From a virus, in IMG/VR virus record IMGVR_UViG_3300042892_004373, positions 9,061 through 73,060 of that record: DNA of 64,000 nt. One strand, given 5' to 3'. Positions 1 to 10,027 of this stretch are shown piece by piece. Position 1 is the first letter of the stretch. Each line of letters opens with the position of its first letter. The notes under the pieces are model-generated. The model was not told the origin of the DNA. It was given only the letters and a program-made list of their open reading frames with translations, and did not search any database. A program made the position numbers and the translations under genes.

Positions 1-151
1 TTCTGCATTTACTTGTGCCAGTGTAAGAGTTTCCCATCTTACTTTTGGTGTTTTATTTGCGGATATACAGATTTCATTTTTTTCTTCCATATGTATTCTT
101 GATTTCCTTGGGAAAACTAATTCATTTTTATTCATGTAGCAAAGATAATAA

Positions 152-185
152 AAAAATCCCAAAAGAACTAACTTTTGGGATTTTT
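152..185. terminator. Rho-independent terminator downstream of the tRNA-Cys unit
   Basis: Inverted repeat AAAATCCCAAAAG-aactaa-CTTTTGGGATTTT flanked by A/T runs. Confidence 0.7.
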
Positions 186-194
186 CTTTCTAAA

Positions 195-277
195 TGGTGG
201 AGCTCAACCTTCCATTCGCGGGAAGGTCTATCCACCTCGGTTACGTTTCCACGAAGGAAAGAGGCTTGACCGGCACC
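195..277 (-). ncRNA. Unclassified structured small RNA ending in CUCCACCA
   Basis: GC-rich island just 3' of tRNA-Cys; stems GGTGGA/TCCACC, GACCTTCC/GGAAGGTT (7-nt loop CGCGAAT), TTTCC/GGAAA; followed by terminator. Confidence 0.45.
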
Positions 278-286
278 TGAGATATG

Positions 287-356
287 AGGCAGAAAAAGGA
301 ATCGAACCTCTGTGTAGGAACTTGCGGTTCCTCGCCTAACACTCAGCCATTCTGCC
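287..356 (-). tRNA. tRNA-Cys(GCA), C at position 33
   Basis: GGCAGAA/TTCTGCC acceptor, U discriminator, anticodon arm AGGAA-CCGCAAG-TTCCT, T-loop TTCGATT. Confidence 0.85.
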
Positions 357-399
357 ATATTGTTCTACAAAGATAGAACTTTTTTTATATAATAAAAAA

Positions 400-1035
400 T
401 TATTTTGTTGTTAAAATTAATCTGTCGATTCCAAGTGCAAAACCAACCCCACCTTCATAAGAACCACCACCACAAATTTGTTTTTGTGCTCCTAATTCTG
501 GACATGAGATTTCAAATCCTTTACCACCTTTGTAGTAGTCAAGTCCTCTTGTTGCATCTAAGTTTACTTCATAGTTATCAGTTGCTAATTCAATTAGTTT
601 AGTTGCGATTTCTAACATTTCATCAGTCATATCTTGAGTTGGGTTGATTACTTCAACTCCGAATTGCGTGAATTGTCTGTATCTACCAGCTTGTGGTTTT
701 TCACCTCTAAAACATTCTCCAATATAGAATAATTTAACATTCTTAGTCATTTTAAATGTTTCGTTTGCAAGTTGTTGAACAACTGCTGTGTATTCTGGTG
801 CTAAGCAAATGTCTCTGTTACCTCTATCAGTAAAAGTATACATCATGTTGTTATTTTCTTCACCTACTTTACTAGCGAATGTTTCAGTTAGTTGAATAAC
901 TGGGATCATCATTTCTTGATAACCATAAGATTCCATAATCTCGATCATTTGATTTAGTAATCTTCTTTTGTTTCTGGCAGTTTCACCAAAAACTATCCTC
1001 GTACCTTTGTACGTTTTACTTGTCTTTATCTCCAT
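400..1035 (-). CDS. hisS: Minimal histidyl-tRNA synthetase (catalytic core only, ~211 aa)
   Basis: Class II motif 2 FRGEKPQAGRYRQFTQFG, RGLDYY His-binding loop, GGGSY, motif 3 GFALGIDRL; ends right after motif 3. Start moved to ATG 1035 because the longer ORF start lies in the attenuator hairpin. Confidence 0.8.
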   Translation of the reverse strand: MEIKTSKTYKGTRIVFGETARNKRRLLNQMIEIMESYGYQEMMIPVIQLTETFASKVGEENNNMMYTFTDRGNRDICLAPEYTAVVQQLANETFKMTKNVKLFYIGECFRGEKPQAGRYRQFTQFGVEVINPTQDMTDEMLEIATKLIELATDNYEVNLDATRGLDYYKGGKGFEISCPELGAQKQICGGGSYEGGVGFALGIDRLILTTK

Positions 1036-1060
1036 TTTAATAATATATTTTTTGTTTAAT

Positions 1061-1091
1061 AAAAAAGCCCAGATCATTATAATCTGGGCTT
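1061..1091 (-). terminator. Attenuator terminator of the His leader
   Basis: AAGCCCAGAT-tataatg-ATCTGGGCTT followed by U-run; 5' arm also complementary to AATCTGGGT in the leader ORF. Confidence 0.8.
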
Positions 1092-1123
1092 ATGTTTAAA
1101 TTAGCAATTTTTAAGACATATAC

Positions 1124-1180
1124 TTACGACCCAGATTTCTCTGTGTGATGATGTAGTTTATATGTTGTTTTCATTTTCAT
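1124..1180 (-). promoter_or_regulatory. His attenuator leader peptide MKMKTTYKLHHHTEKSGS
   Basis: ATG AAA ATG AAA ACA ACA TAT AAA CTA CAT CAT CAC ACA GAG AAA TCT GGG TCG TAA; three tandem His codons upstream of terminator and hisS; TATATTTG promoter element just upstream. Confidence 0.85.
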
Positions 1181-1227
1181 ACTGCAAATATATTACTTTT
1201 TATTTTATTATACAAATAAATTTTATT

Positions 1228-1611
1228 TTATTGGACATTTATATTTTGTGGTAGTGCTAAGAAACCACCATATAAGTTATACCCTATATAAAAATTAAAG
1301 GATATACCACTGGTATTTGGTGTTAAAGTAAATGTGCCACCTAATGTGCCACTCCCATCAATATATAGCTGAATAAAACTATTATCTATATTTTCAACAA
1401 ATTGATTTGCTCTACTAAATGAAGGTGATGTACCATCTATCCACCAGTAAAGAAATGTACCTTCTGAAACTCCAGATATACCACTTATAGTAAATGTTAT
1501 TGTACTACCTTGTGTTGGATTATAGTTACTTGCCACAAATGTTGGTTGTGAAGGTGGAGGAGGTGTATTTCCATCTCCTGTAAAACTTGTTCCTATTATT
1601 GATTGTATCAT
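1228..1611 (-). CDS. Hypothetical beta-rich protein (possible virion/fibre accessory)
   Basis: ORF downstream of large fibre gene; G/S/T-rich. Confidence 0.5.
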   Translation of the reverse strand: MIQSIIGTSFTGDGNTPPPPSQPTFVASNYNPTQGSTITFTISGISGVSEGTFLYWWIDGTSPSFSRANQFVENIDNSFIQLYIDGSGTLGGTFTLTPNTSGISFNFYIGYNLYGGFLALPQNINVQ

Positions 1612-1711
1612 ATTTTATTTTTTATTTTTTATTTGCTATTATATATTATTTTTAATAAAGAAGCAATTGTTATTAGACAATTGCTTCTTAATTTTATTAG
1701 TTTTTCTATTT

Positions 1712-4700
1712 TTAGTCATTATTTCCTAAACCTGCACCACTTACCATCCATTTATCTGGTCCAATTTTCAATATTGTTGCCATTGAGTTATTTGGAATAT
1801 AAAAGTCGTTACTTGTAGTATCAAATCCTGCACCCCATAACTCAGTAGTATCACTATCATCAGTTCTAATATATGTCCAGCTATCACCGCTAACTACAGT
1901 AATCGCGGATCCTATAGGAAAAGGAACATTTCTATTTATAGGAATAATAACACTATAATTACTTTCAGTATCTTTATAGATATGTTTTCCAATATCACTT
2001 AGTTGTAAGTAATAATCATCATAAAATGGATGATAAACTTGAGGTATTACACCTGCACTAGAAGTTTGTTTTGTCCCATCTGAAAATACTATACCACTAT
2101 CTACATCATTTATTCTATCTATATTATTATCTTTATTATAATCACTATTACCGAAATAGAAATCTCTTGAATGTGTTATTGAATGTGTTCCAACTAATGG
2201 TGTGAATGTATCAAAATAACTTTGTGTTATTGATATTGATCTTATTGAGTAATTACCTTCTAAATAGTTTGATACTCCTCCATAATTTACCAGTGAACCA
2301 TCTGTAGGTAAATTTGCCACAAATGCGTTGTGATACTCATTTGACATTACATCTGTATATCCTACTAGTGCTAACTTACTACCATCAAAGCTTATAGCTA
2401 ATCCATTACTTTCCTCGATTAGGCTATAATCTTCTTTACCACCTATAATATTACTCCAAATTAAGACACCGTCTGTGTTAAGTTTGAATAATCTTAATGC
2501 ATCATCCTCAAAACCAAAACTACTTTCATAATCTGAAGTTAATACATATATATTATCATTAGAATCAGTTACTACACTACTTGTGTTCTCATCATCAGTT
2601 CTTTTTTGCCATAATAATTCACCATCAGTTGTTATCTTAGAGATTACTGTCTCATTATCATCATCACTATGGTGGGTTGTTACAATGCTATTAGTACCTA
2701 ATATAGCAACAGACTTTCCTGAACAGTTGTCATCTACTTCATTAAGTGCTTTAGTCCATAAGTGATCACCATCAGAATTAAATTTACTAAGAATTGCAAT
2801 TTGTTCTCCACTTAATGATGATGTTAAACCACCACCATATGCGTGACCAATTGCATATATATTGTTATCTGCATCAGTAGTAACAGAACTAAACTTATCA
2901 CTATCATCATCTGTATTACCACCTAATGTTCTTTCCCAATTTTCGGTATATATATAAGCTTCTGCTCCAATTGATTTATAGATTGACCAAGTTCCTGACG
3001 CACTAAAGTCAACTGATGTACTTATAGTTAAGTATAAACTTGAGGTACTACCTGTTCCTGATATACTTGGAATTTGGAAAAGTCCTGCATCATTTGAATT
3101 ATTGACTAATATACAATCATTTGAACTTGTTCCTCCTAGTTTATTACCAGGTATGGTAATAATATCATTCAGTACATAACCAGATTGTGATCCAATAATA
3201 TTTAAAACAGAATAAACTCCTGTAGTTGGATCATTAAATACATCAAATGATGCACCTGATCCCTCTGTTGTTGAACCAGTTACTCCTATAAAACTTTGAG
3301 TTCCTGATGGTGATAGTCCAGTTGGTCCATTACCTGTAATACTTGCTGCTAATATTCCACCATTTGATGCTGTTGCTGTTTGTATAATAGTTGCATCATT
3401 ATCTGGGGTAATACCACCTAAGTTTGTACCTGGTACAATTATTGGTTTAAGTATATCTAGACTATATCCAGTACCTGGTGTATCTACACCAAGAATTGTA
3501 TAAATACCGGTAGTATTATCTAATTGTATTGTAAATGATGCACCCACTCCACCTGGTGTTAGTGAACCTGTTACTCCAAAAAAGGTATTTACGTAAGTTA
3601 AATCTTCATCTCCTGTGATACCTGTACCACCAATAGACCAAGCACCATTATTATTTGGGTTCTCATTATTAATACTACTTGAAGATATAACTAAAGTACT
3701 AAATGTGCTACCAGAAAGAACTGATGAAGTTCCAATTACCCATTCAAAATATTCTGTCTCTTTTTGACCAACAATGATCAATTCATTATTACTATTAAAA
3801 GTCATATCATGTAGATAAATATCTCCTTGATTTTCAGATATATTTATATCTTTTAATCTAATTACTTTTTTAATTTGAGCACTTTCTGTATCAATTCTTA
3901 CGATAAGTCCTTCTGCAAAGTTATCCGGATATGTTTCACATAAAACTACTAAATCACCATTTATAGGATCAATTTTTATTGATTTTGCTCTCCCATCTTC
4001 ATTGTTATCATCATTAAAAATTGAAATCGACCATATTACATCTCCAGTTTTGTTAAACTTTACTACAATTGGTCTGTTATCATCATGATCTTCACCAACA
4101 CAATAAGTATTGTTATGAATATCCATTACAACAGATCTAAATTCAATGTCATCATTGTAGTTATATAATGGTCCAAATACTGACATCCATCCTAAGGTAT
4201 CTGTTTCTGGTAGAATTAAATCTTTATTAGATAATTCTAATTTTGTATCTCCAAGTGATAATGTATTACCATCTGCAATTAAAACATTTACTTGTTTTGT
4301 ACCATCACCATCAGCTCCGGTATCACCACTATACCAAATTTTATCAATATCTGTATTTATTGCAACCATTGCAAAAATACTTTCATTATATAAAGTAATA
4401 TAACTACTAGATGTTCCAAATGAATTATCTTCAATTATTTCACCTGCACCATAGTTTATACCGTATGCAGTAAAGAATCTAGTACTTATATCTGTATTAT
4501 TGTTTCCACCAACACTATATGTTCCTACACCACCTTCTAATGGGCCGGTAAGTACATATAGGTCATATTGGGTATCCTGGTTATATTTTATAACTTGTCC
4601 TACTGATAGTGTTCCTGATATGATCTCTGTTACAGTAAGAATATTACTATTATAATTATTATCAATGTATTCAATTGATCCTATAAATTCGGTGATACTT

Positions 4701-5953
4701 TTATCTGTTGTTATGTAATTTGAACCATCATATTGATCAGATCCGCCATCTCCTATTGATCGTATTGGCCAAGGATTTGAATTATTTATATATGGACTTG
4801 TATAATCTGGTATACCATTTACATTAGTATTCTCTATAACTCCATCTCTTATAGATGTTACTAAAATTGAGGCATCATTATTACCACCACTAATAGTATA
4901 ACCTTCACCTAAATCAACAGTATAGCTATCACCACCATCAATTAGTGTTGCACCAGTAACTGAACCAGTTGGGCTTGTTGTTATATAAAAAAATGCCCAA
5001 TCTCCTGGACCTTGTACATTATAATATCCATCAGTATATCCAGTACCTGAATGGAAAATTTCAAATGTATCAATATGGCCATTATCAACACTTAATACCT
5101 CTATCTCAGCATCATTAGCAGGACTAAACCCACCTAAAGCAGTACCTGAAATGTTAATTAGATCACCACTTTGAAAACCATATGTGAAGTTAGTATTTGT
5201 AAAATCGGGAGAAGGTCCACCTGGTCCTCCTTCTCCTGGTCCAAAATCATATTCTTTATAATCACCTTCACGTTTACGCATACTGAATGTTCCACTTCCG
5301 GTTCCGGTAGTAGTATATGAATCTACAGCATATGTTATTTGAGTATCTAAAAATGAGAAATTATTATATAATGATCCTGTTGGTAAAGAAGATGTTAGCG
5401 TTTCTATGTTATCATAAAATAAATCTCTTATTATTGTAAGATCTGAGTTAAGAGTACCTTCAGAATATAATATAATATCAACAAACTTTTCTACAAAGGT
5501 TCTAATATCTTTAAGTTTTAAAGGCCTTTTAGAATCGGCACCATAAACATTAAGTACAACTACAGTATCACTACCACTAAGTCCAGTTACATAGAAATCA
5601 TCATTCTCTGTATCATTAGTTCTATTTTGATAGGATGTGTTTGAATTTTTACTTATAATGATTTGTGTTATTGTAGGATCTGCACCGAATAATCTATTTA
5701 TTCCAGCATAAAATCCTCTATATCCAGATGCTGCCACACCTGAAGTTCCAGATGTTCCGTTTATACCGGATGTACCAGAAGAACCGGATGTACCAGAAGA
5801 ACCGGACGTACCAGATGTACCAGAAGTTTCAGATCCGGTTCCACCATTGTTAGTAAGTGCTAATTCTTCTAAGTATAAGAAGTTATTATCCATTTCTGAA
5901 ATGGTTAATCTACTATTTTTTTCACTTCTTAAAGTTAATGAGTAAGTTGACAT
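1712..5953 (-). CDS. Large tail-fibre/receptor-binding-like protein with GTS repeats and beta-propeller-like segments
   Basis: 1413 aa; N-terminus MSTYSLTLRS..EMDNNFLYL shared with 41310-42836; GTSG repeats; repeated xxKxxxxGxxxW units; fibre-like C-terminal PFPIGSAITVV..KWMVSG. Confidence 0.65.
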   Translation of the reverse strand: MSTYSLTLRSEKNSRLTISEMDNNFLYLEELALTNNGGTGSETSGTSGTSGSSGTSGSSGTSGINGTSGTSGVAASGYRGFYAGINRLFGADPTITQIIISKNSNTSYQNRTNDTENDDFYVTGLSGSDTVVVLNVYGADSKRPLKLKDIRTFVEKFVDIILYSEGTLNSDLTIIRDLFYDNIETLTSSLPTGSLYNNFSFLDTQITYAVDSYTTTGTGSGTFSMRKREGDYKEYDFGPGEGGPGGPSPDFTNTNFTYGFQSGDLINISGTALGGFSPANDAEIEVLSVDNGHIDTFEIFHSGTGYTDGYYNVQGPGDWAFFYITTSPTGSVTGATLIDGGDSYTVDLGEGYTISGGNNDASILVTSIRDGVIENTNVNGIPDYTSPYINNSNPWPIRSIGDGGSDQYDGSNYITTDKSITEFIGSIEYIDNNYNSNILTVTEIISGTLSVGQVIKYNQDTQYDLYVLTGPLEGGVGTYSVGGNNNTDISTRFFTAYGINYGAGEIIEDNSFGTSSSYITLYNESIFAMVAINTDIDKIWYSGDTGADGDGTKQVNVLIADGNTLSLGDTKLELSNKDLILPETDTLGWMSVFGPLYNYNDDIEFRSVVMDIHNNTYCVGEDHDDNRPIVVKFNKTGDVIWSISIFNDDNNEDGRAKSIKIDPINGDLVVLCETYPDNFAEGLIVRIDTESAQIKKVIRLKDINISENQGDIYLHDMTFNSNNELIIVGQKETEYFEWVIGTSSVLSGSTFSTLVISSSSINNENPNNNGAWSIGGTGITGDEDLTYVNTFFGVTGSLTPGGVGASFTIQLDNTTGIYTILGVDTPGTGYSLDILKPIIVPGTNLGGITPDNDATIIQTATASNGGILAASITGNGPTGLSPSGTQSFIGVTGSTTEGSGASFDVFNDPTTGVYSVLNIIGSQSGYVLNDIITIPGNKLGGTSSNDCILVNNSNDAGLFQIPSISGTGSTSSLYLTISTSVDFSASGTWSIYKSIGAEAYIYTENWERTLGGNTDDDSDKFSSVTTDADNNIYAIGHAYGGGLTSSLSGEQIAILSKFNSDGDHLWTKALNEVDDNCSGKSVAILGTNSIVTTHHSDDDNETVISKITTDGELLWQKRTDDENTSSVVTDSNDNIYVLTSDYESSFGFEDDALRLFKLNTDGVLIWSNIIGGKEDYSLIEESNGLAISFDGSKLALVGYTDVMSNEYHNAFVANLPTDGSLVNYGGVSNYLEGNYSIRSISITQSYFDTFTPLVGTHSITHSRDFYFGNSDYNKDNNIDRINDVDSGIVFSDGTKQTSSAGVIPQVYHPFYDDYYLQLSDIGKHIYKDTESNYSVIIPINRNVPFPIGSAITVVSGDSWTYIRTDDSDTTELWGAGFDTTSNDFYIPNNSMATILKIGPDKWMVSGAGLGNND

Positions 5954-6059
5954 ATTTTTTTAAATGATTTTTTATATGGTATATATTATTTAAAAAATAT
6001 CAAATTTTACCGAATCTTGATTTAAAATATAAAAAAAGAGAGAGCAAATGCTCTCTCTT

Positions 6060-7331
6060 TTATCTTAATATTGTTTGTGTTCGGTCAGGACCAACTGATA
6101 CTATTTTAATTGGTGTTTCTAACTCTTTTTCGATGAACTCTATATATTCTTTTAATTCACCTGGTAAACTATCAAAATCTTTTACCTTAGTTATATCTTC
6201 CGACCAACCATCAAACCCTATGTAAATAGGTTCTAGGTTCTCTGGTTCAATATTATAAGGAAAGTGAGTGATTATCTCACCTTTATATTTATAACCTGTA
6301 CAAACCATTATTTTATCAAATCCAGATAACACATCACCTTTCATCATCATAAGTTCAGTAACTCCATTGATTTGACAAGTATATTTAAGTGCAACTAAAT
6401 CTAACCAACCACATCTTCTAGCTCTACCAGTAACAGAACCAAATTCGTTACCAATCTTGGCCATTTTTTCACCTACTTCATCAAATAATTCTGTTGGGAA
6501 TGGTCCACTTCCAACTCTTGTTGTATAAGCTTTGAAAATACCATAAACATCTTTGATTCGATTAGGTGCAATTCCTAATCCAGTACAAGCTCCTGCTGCC
6601 GTTGTATTAGAAGAGGTAACAAATGGATAAGTACCAAAGTCAACATCTAATAAAGAACCTTGTGCACCTTCGCATAGAATAGATTTTCCATCTCTTTGAG
6701 CTTGATGTAAATACTCTTCACTATCGATAAAAGTAAATTGTTTTAGATAAGCAAGTGCATCTAAAAATTCTTCTTCCATATCTTCATAGTTAGTATTAAA
6801 TTGTTTAGTAACACCCCACTCAATTAGTTCTTCGTGTTTCTCAAAAAGTTTGCAAAATCTTTTGTGAAAGTCTGGTAATTCTAAATCACCAACTCTGATT
6901 CCATTTCTACCTGTTTTATCCATATAAGTCGGTCCAATTCCTTTAAGAGTTGATCCAATTTTATCTTTACCTTTGGCTACTTCAGAAGTTGCATCTAAAA
7001 GTTTGTGAGTAGGTAGAATTAAGTGAGCTTTTCTTGATATAAGCAATCTTTTTTTGACATCCATATCAAACTTAGCTAAAGCTTCTACTTCTTGTCTAAA
7101 TACAACCGGATCAAGTACAACACCATTACCAATTATATTTACTGTGTCTTTATGAAAGATACCAGAAGGTATAGTTCGTAGTACGTGTTTGATACCGTCA
7201 AACTCCAATGTATGTCCTGCATTTGGACCTCCTTGAAACCTTGCAACAATATCATATTTTGCGGTTAAAACGTCAACGATTTTACCTTTTCCTTCGTCTC
7301 CCCATTGAAGACCTAATAATAAATCTGCCAT
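6060..7331 (-). CDS. purA: Adenylosuccinate synthetase
   Basis: QWGDEGKGK P-loop, GGPNAGHT, EGAQG, GTYPFVTSS, TGRARRCGWLD. Confidence 0.97.
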   Translation of the reverse strand: MADLLLGLQWGDEGKGKIVDVLTAKYDIVARFQGGPNAGHTLEFDGIKHVLRTIPSGIFHKDTVNIIGNGVVLDPVVFRQEVEALAKFDMDVKKRLLISRKAHLILPTHKLLDATSEVAKGKDKIGSTLKGIGPTYMDKTGRNGIRVGDLELPDFHKRFCKLFEKHEELIEWGVTKQFNTNYEDMEEEFLDALAYLKQFTFIDSEEYLHQAQRDGKSILCEGAQGSLLDVDFGTYPFVTSSNTTAAGACTGLGIAPNRIKDVYGIFKAYTTRVGSGPFPTELFDEVGEKMAKIGNEFGSVTGRARRCGWLDLVALKYTCQINGVTELMMMKGDVLSGFDKIMVCTGYKYKGEIITHFPYNIEPENLEPIYIGFDGWSEDITKVKDFDSLPGELKEYIEFIEKELETPIKIVSVGPDRTQTILR

Positions 7332-7565
7332 TTATTCTTCTATTTTTATAAATCTTGGTTCAATCCCACCTCTTTTATTCTCAACTGTTTCACACCAAAT
7401 TGAAAGTGGTCTTGCATAAGTTGATCCAAATGATAATGATTGATAAATTACTAAAGGTTCTTTAGTTTCTGTATGATTTGCTAGAGTGATGATTTTATAT
7501 CTACCACCTTTGTAGTGTTGCCAAGTTTCCCCTGGCATAATTCCATAGTTTAATTCTTGTTCCAT
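7332..7565 (-). CDS. DUF1653-like protein
   Basis: WQHYKGGRY..ANHTET.EPLVIYQSL..YARPL signature. Confidence 0.8.
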   Translation of the reverse strand: MEQELNYGIMPGETWQHYKGGRYKIITLANHTETKEPLVIYQSLSFGSTYARPLSIWCETVENKRGGIEPRFIKIEE

Positions 7566-7566
7566 T

Positions 7567-7950
7567 TTAGTTTGTAAATTGTATCATGTCACCATTTTCA
7601 AATATTATTCTGGTTCCATATGAGTTATCGTAAAAAATTTGTAAGTAAACTGTTAAAGATGATCCTTGTTCTCTGAATGTTGCAGATTGGTATTTCATAC
7701 CTCCTTGAGTTTCTCCTTCTACTAGATCTGTTTGTTGATCGAAAAATCTTATAGTTCCATCATTCATAACTATTTTAAAGGTTGATGAATTTTGATAGTT
7801 GAAAATAATTTTATTTTCTGCTGATTCCCATTGAGGTGCTTTATCTTTTCTAATAACACAAATTTTAGAATAGTTTCTAGTAAATTGTGATTGTGCAGAT
7901 GTTAGTGTTACAGTGAATAGTAACAACATTGTAAGTAATAGTTTTTTCAT
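7567..7950 (-). CDS. Exported hypothetical protein
   Basis: MKKLLL signal peptide. Confidence 0.6.
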   Translation of the reverse strand: MKKLLLTMLLLFTVTLTSAQSQFTRNYSKICVIRKDKAPQWESAENKIIFNYQNSSTFKIVMNDGTIRFFDQQTDLVEGETQGGMKYQSATFREQGSSLTVYLQIFYDNSYGTRIIFENGDMIQFTN

Positions 7951-7968
7951 TGAATATATATTTTTAAA

Positions 7969-8226
7969 TTATACTAATTGTTGTAACATATGTTGTCTTC
8001 TATATTGAATAAATATTTTTTTACATTGTTCTATTACTAAGTCACCTTCACTATCGGTATAATGTAAACTACTTAGTTCTAATTCATAAGATGAATGTCC
8101 CGAATCTATAATTAGAATAGGACCGGTTGTTAAATCTGATTTGTAATGATAGTCTAAGTAAACTATATTACTTGGATAAAGTAGTTTAACTTCATCTAAG
8201 AATTTATTTATTAGTTTATGTTCCAT
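7969..8226 (-). CDS. Hypothetical protein (C-terminal RxxxLxxL tag)
   Basis: ORF ends RRQHMLQQLV. Confidence 0.5.
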   Translation of the reverse strand: MEHKLINKFLDEVKLLYPSNIVYLDYHYKSDLTTGPILIIDSGHSSYELELSSLHYTDSEGDLVIEQCKKIFIQYRRQHMLQQLV

Positions 8227-8291
8227 ATGTATATAATATAAAAAAGTCGAAACTAAGTTTCGACTTTTTTAATTTATTCTAAAATTATTTA

Positions 8292-8822
8292 TTAGAATTT
8301 GTAAAGTACACCAAATTTAGATGCATTTAAAGGGTTATCAACTCCATCAAATCCTACATTAAATGATCCTGTCTCAAAGTTATAACCAGCTAAGTTAGCT
8401 AAATTAGCAGAAATTGCCAAGTTTTTAGTAACAAAGTAGTTAACACCTAAACCTAAATTAGCATTGAAGTTTTGTCTTGCAATAAACTCATCTGTTGATG
8501 CATCTAAAACTAAAGCATTAGTATTCAAGTTTAATCCAGAGAAAACTTTGAAGTCTTTTCCAACATTTAGGAAATAACATCTAGCAAATACACCAGCTCC
8601 TAATTTATCAGTGGCACTAGTTTTTTCAACTTGTGCTCCAACTGCAAACTTATCAGTTAAAAAATAACCAACTGTTGGTGCAACACCATAAGTTGCATCT
8701 TGTCCTTTTTCTTTCGCATAAGAGAATGTACCTTCTACAAAAACATCAGATTTTTTAAATCCTGTTTGAGCAGTTGCAGTTAGTCCTAACATTGCTACTA
8801 AAATTAATAAAATTTTTTTCAT
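8292..8822 (-). CDS. Outer-membrane beta-barrel protein (Bacteroidota type)
   Basis: Signal peptide, alternating beta-strands, APTVGYFL and GLGVNYFVT motifs, terminal YKF Bam signal. Confidence 0.8.
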   Translation of the reverse strand: MKKILLILVAMLGLTATAQTGFKKSDVFVEGTFSYAKEKGQDATYGVAPTVGYFLTDKFAVGAQVEKTSATDKLGAGVFARCYFLNVGKDFKVFSGLNLNTNALVLDASTDEFIARQNFNANLGLGVNYFVTKNLAISANLANLAGYNFETGSFNVGFDGVDNPLNASKFGVLYKF

Positions 8823-8894
8823 TTTTAATTTATTTTTTTTTAATGTGTGGAAAATTCCAGACACTTCTATTTATATAGAAAAGTTTAAAAAAGT

Positions 8895-9896
8895 TTAGTT
8901 TATTGCCAATCTTTTTGTTGATGTTTTACCATCTTCTGTAATTTTTACAATATACATACCTGTTACTAAACTACTTACGTCTAATTGACTTTGTGTATTT
9001 TCTACTAAAACTTTTTTACCAACCATGTCATAAATCTCTATATTTTTTGTAGAATCTAGATCAGTTGTAATATTTAAAATGTTTTTTGTTGGGTTTGGAT
9101 AAACTTGTAATCCAGAGATTTGATTTTGATTAGTAGATAAAGATCCTGTTGGAGTAACTGATAAAAATGTATTTGATACACGTATTTCATCAATTTCAAC
9201 ATTACCAGATCCCGCTGTTGCAGTACCACCTTGTCTAATTACAAAACCTGTAATCGTTGTGGGTGCCGCAGTAGTTCCTGTAGAATTTGTTACTGTTGCA
9301 GTTGGTTCGGTATTACCAGGTACTGGATTTACAAATAAACTAGCAGTATTGGTTGATAATTCATACTTTACAACTAATAGGTGTGTACTGCCTACTAATA
9401 GATCACTTGTAAATGTTGGTGTTGCTGTACCACCACTATTATTTAGTATTCCAACTTGAAAACCTGATGTGGCACCCTGTCTTGTATAAATTCTTCCTTG
9501 AAATGCGGTTGTTGTTGCACTTGCAACAGACGTTAATGATAAACCGTAGCTTCCAGTTGTTGAAGTATTTGGATCTAATTGTGTTGCATCTAATACTTTA
9601 ATTAGTACTGAGTAGTAGACAACTCCTGATAATGGTGTTGTTAGTGGAAAGTTCACATCTTCTGTATTACCTGCAATCATAGAGGTTCTATTACCTGTTG
9701 ATGTTGCCAAACCAGGATAAGATAAACTGCTACCATTATCGCTAGATGAGGTAATTATTGATAATTGTCCGGGGGTTCCACTGTGTGTAGTCCAACCATT
9801 TGAGGTTAGTGTACCTGTTCCATTAAAAGGAATGTAGGTTTGACCGAAAGAAATAGTTGTCATAAGTAAGACAACTAAAGTTAAAAGTTTTTTCAT
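8895..9896 (-). CDS. T9SS type A sorting-domain (CTD) secreted protein
   Basis: Signal peptide; C-terminal VYPNPT..LNI..IYDMVGK..GMYIVKI..KRLAIN. Confidence 0.85.
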   Translation of the reverse strand: MKKLLTLVVLLMTTISFGQTYIPFNGTGTLTSNGWTTHSGTPGQLSIITSSSDNGSSLSYPGLATSTGNRTSMIAGNTEDVNFPLTTPLSGVVYYSVLIKVLDATQLDPNTSTTGSYGLSLTSVASATTTAFQGRIYTRQGATSGFQVGILNNSGGTATPTFTSDLLVGSTHLLVVKYELSTNTASLFVNPVPGNTEPTATVTNSTGTTAAPTTITGFVIRQGGTATAGSGNVEIDEIRVSNTFLSVTPTGSLSTNQNQISGLQVYPNPTKNILNITTDLDSTKNIEIYDMVGKKVLVENTQSQLDVSSLVTGMYIVKITEDGKTSTKRLAIN

Positions 9897-10027
9897 GTTT
9901 TTATAAGTTTTTATTTTTCTTTCTTTATACAATTTAGATATTAAAAGTTTAAAAAATTTATAAAATAAAAAAGCCCCTAACTACTCAAAGTTAAGGGTTT
10001 TATTTCACGTGTATTGTTTGTTTAAAT

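Noticed and set aside
195-286. HDV-like (theta) ribozyme after tRNA-Cys
   Set aside because: GCGAAU is present, but I could not build the nested P1/P2/P3/P1.1 double pseudoknot by eye
45-358. ORFs 45-269 and 128-358
   Set aside because: They overlap tRNA-Cys, the structured RNA and a terminator
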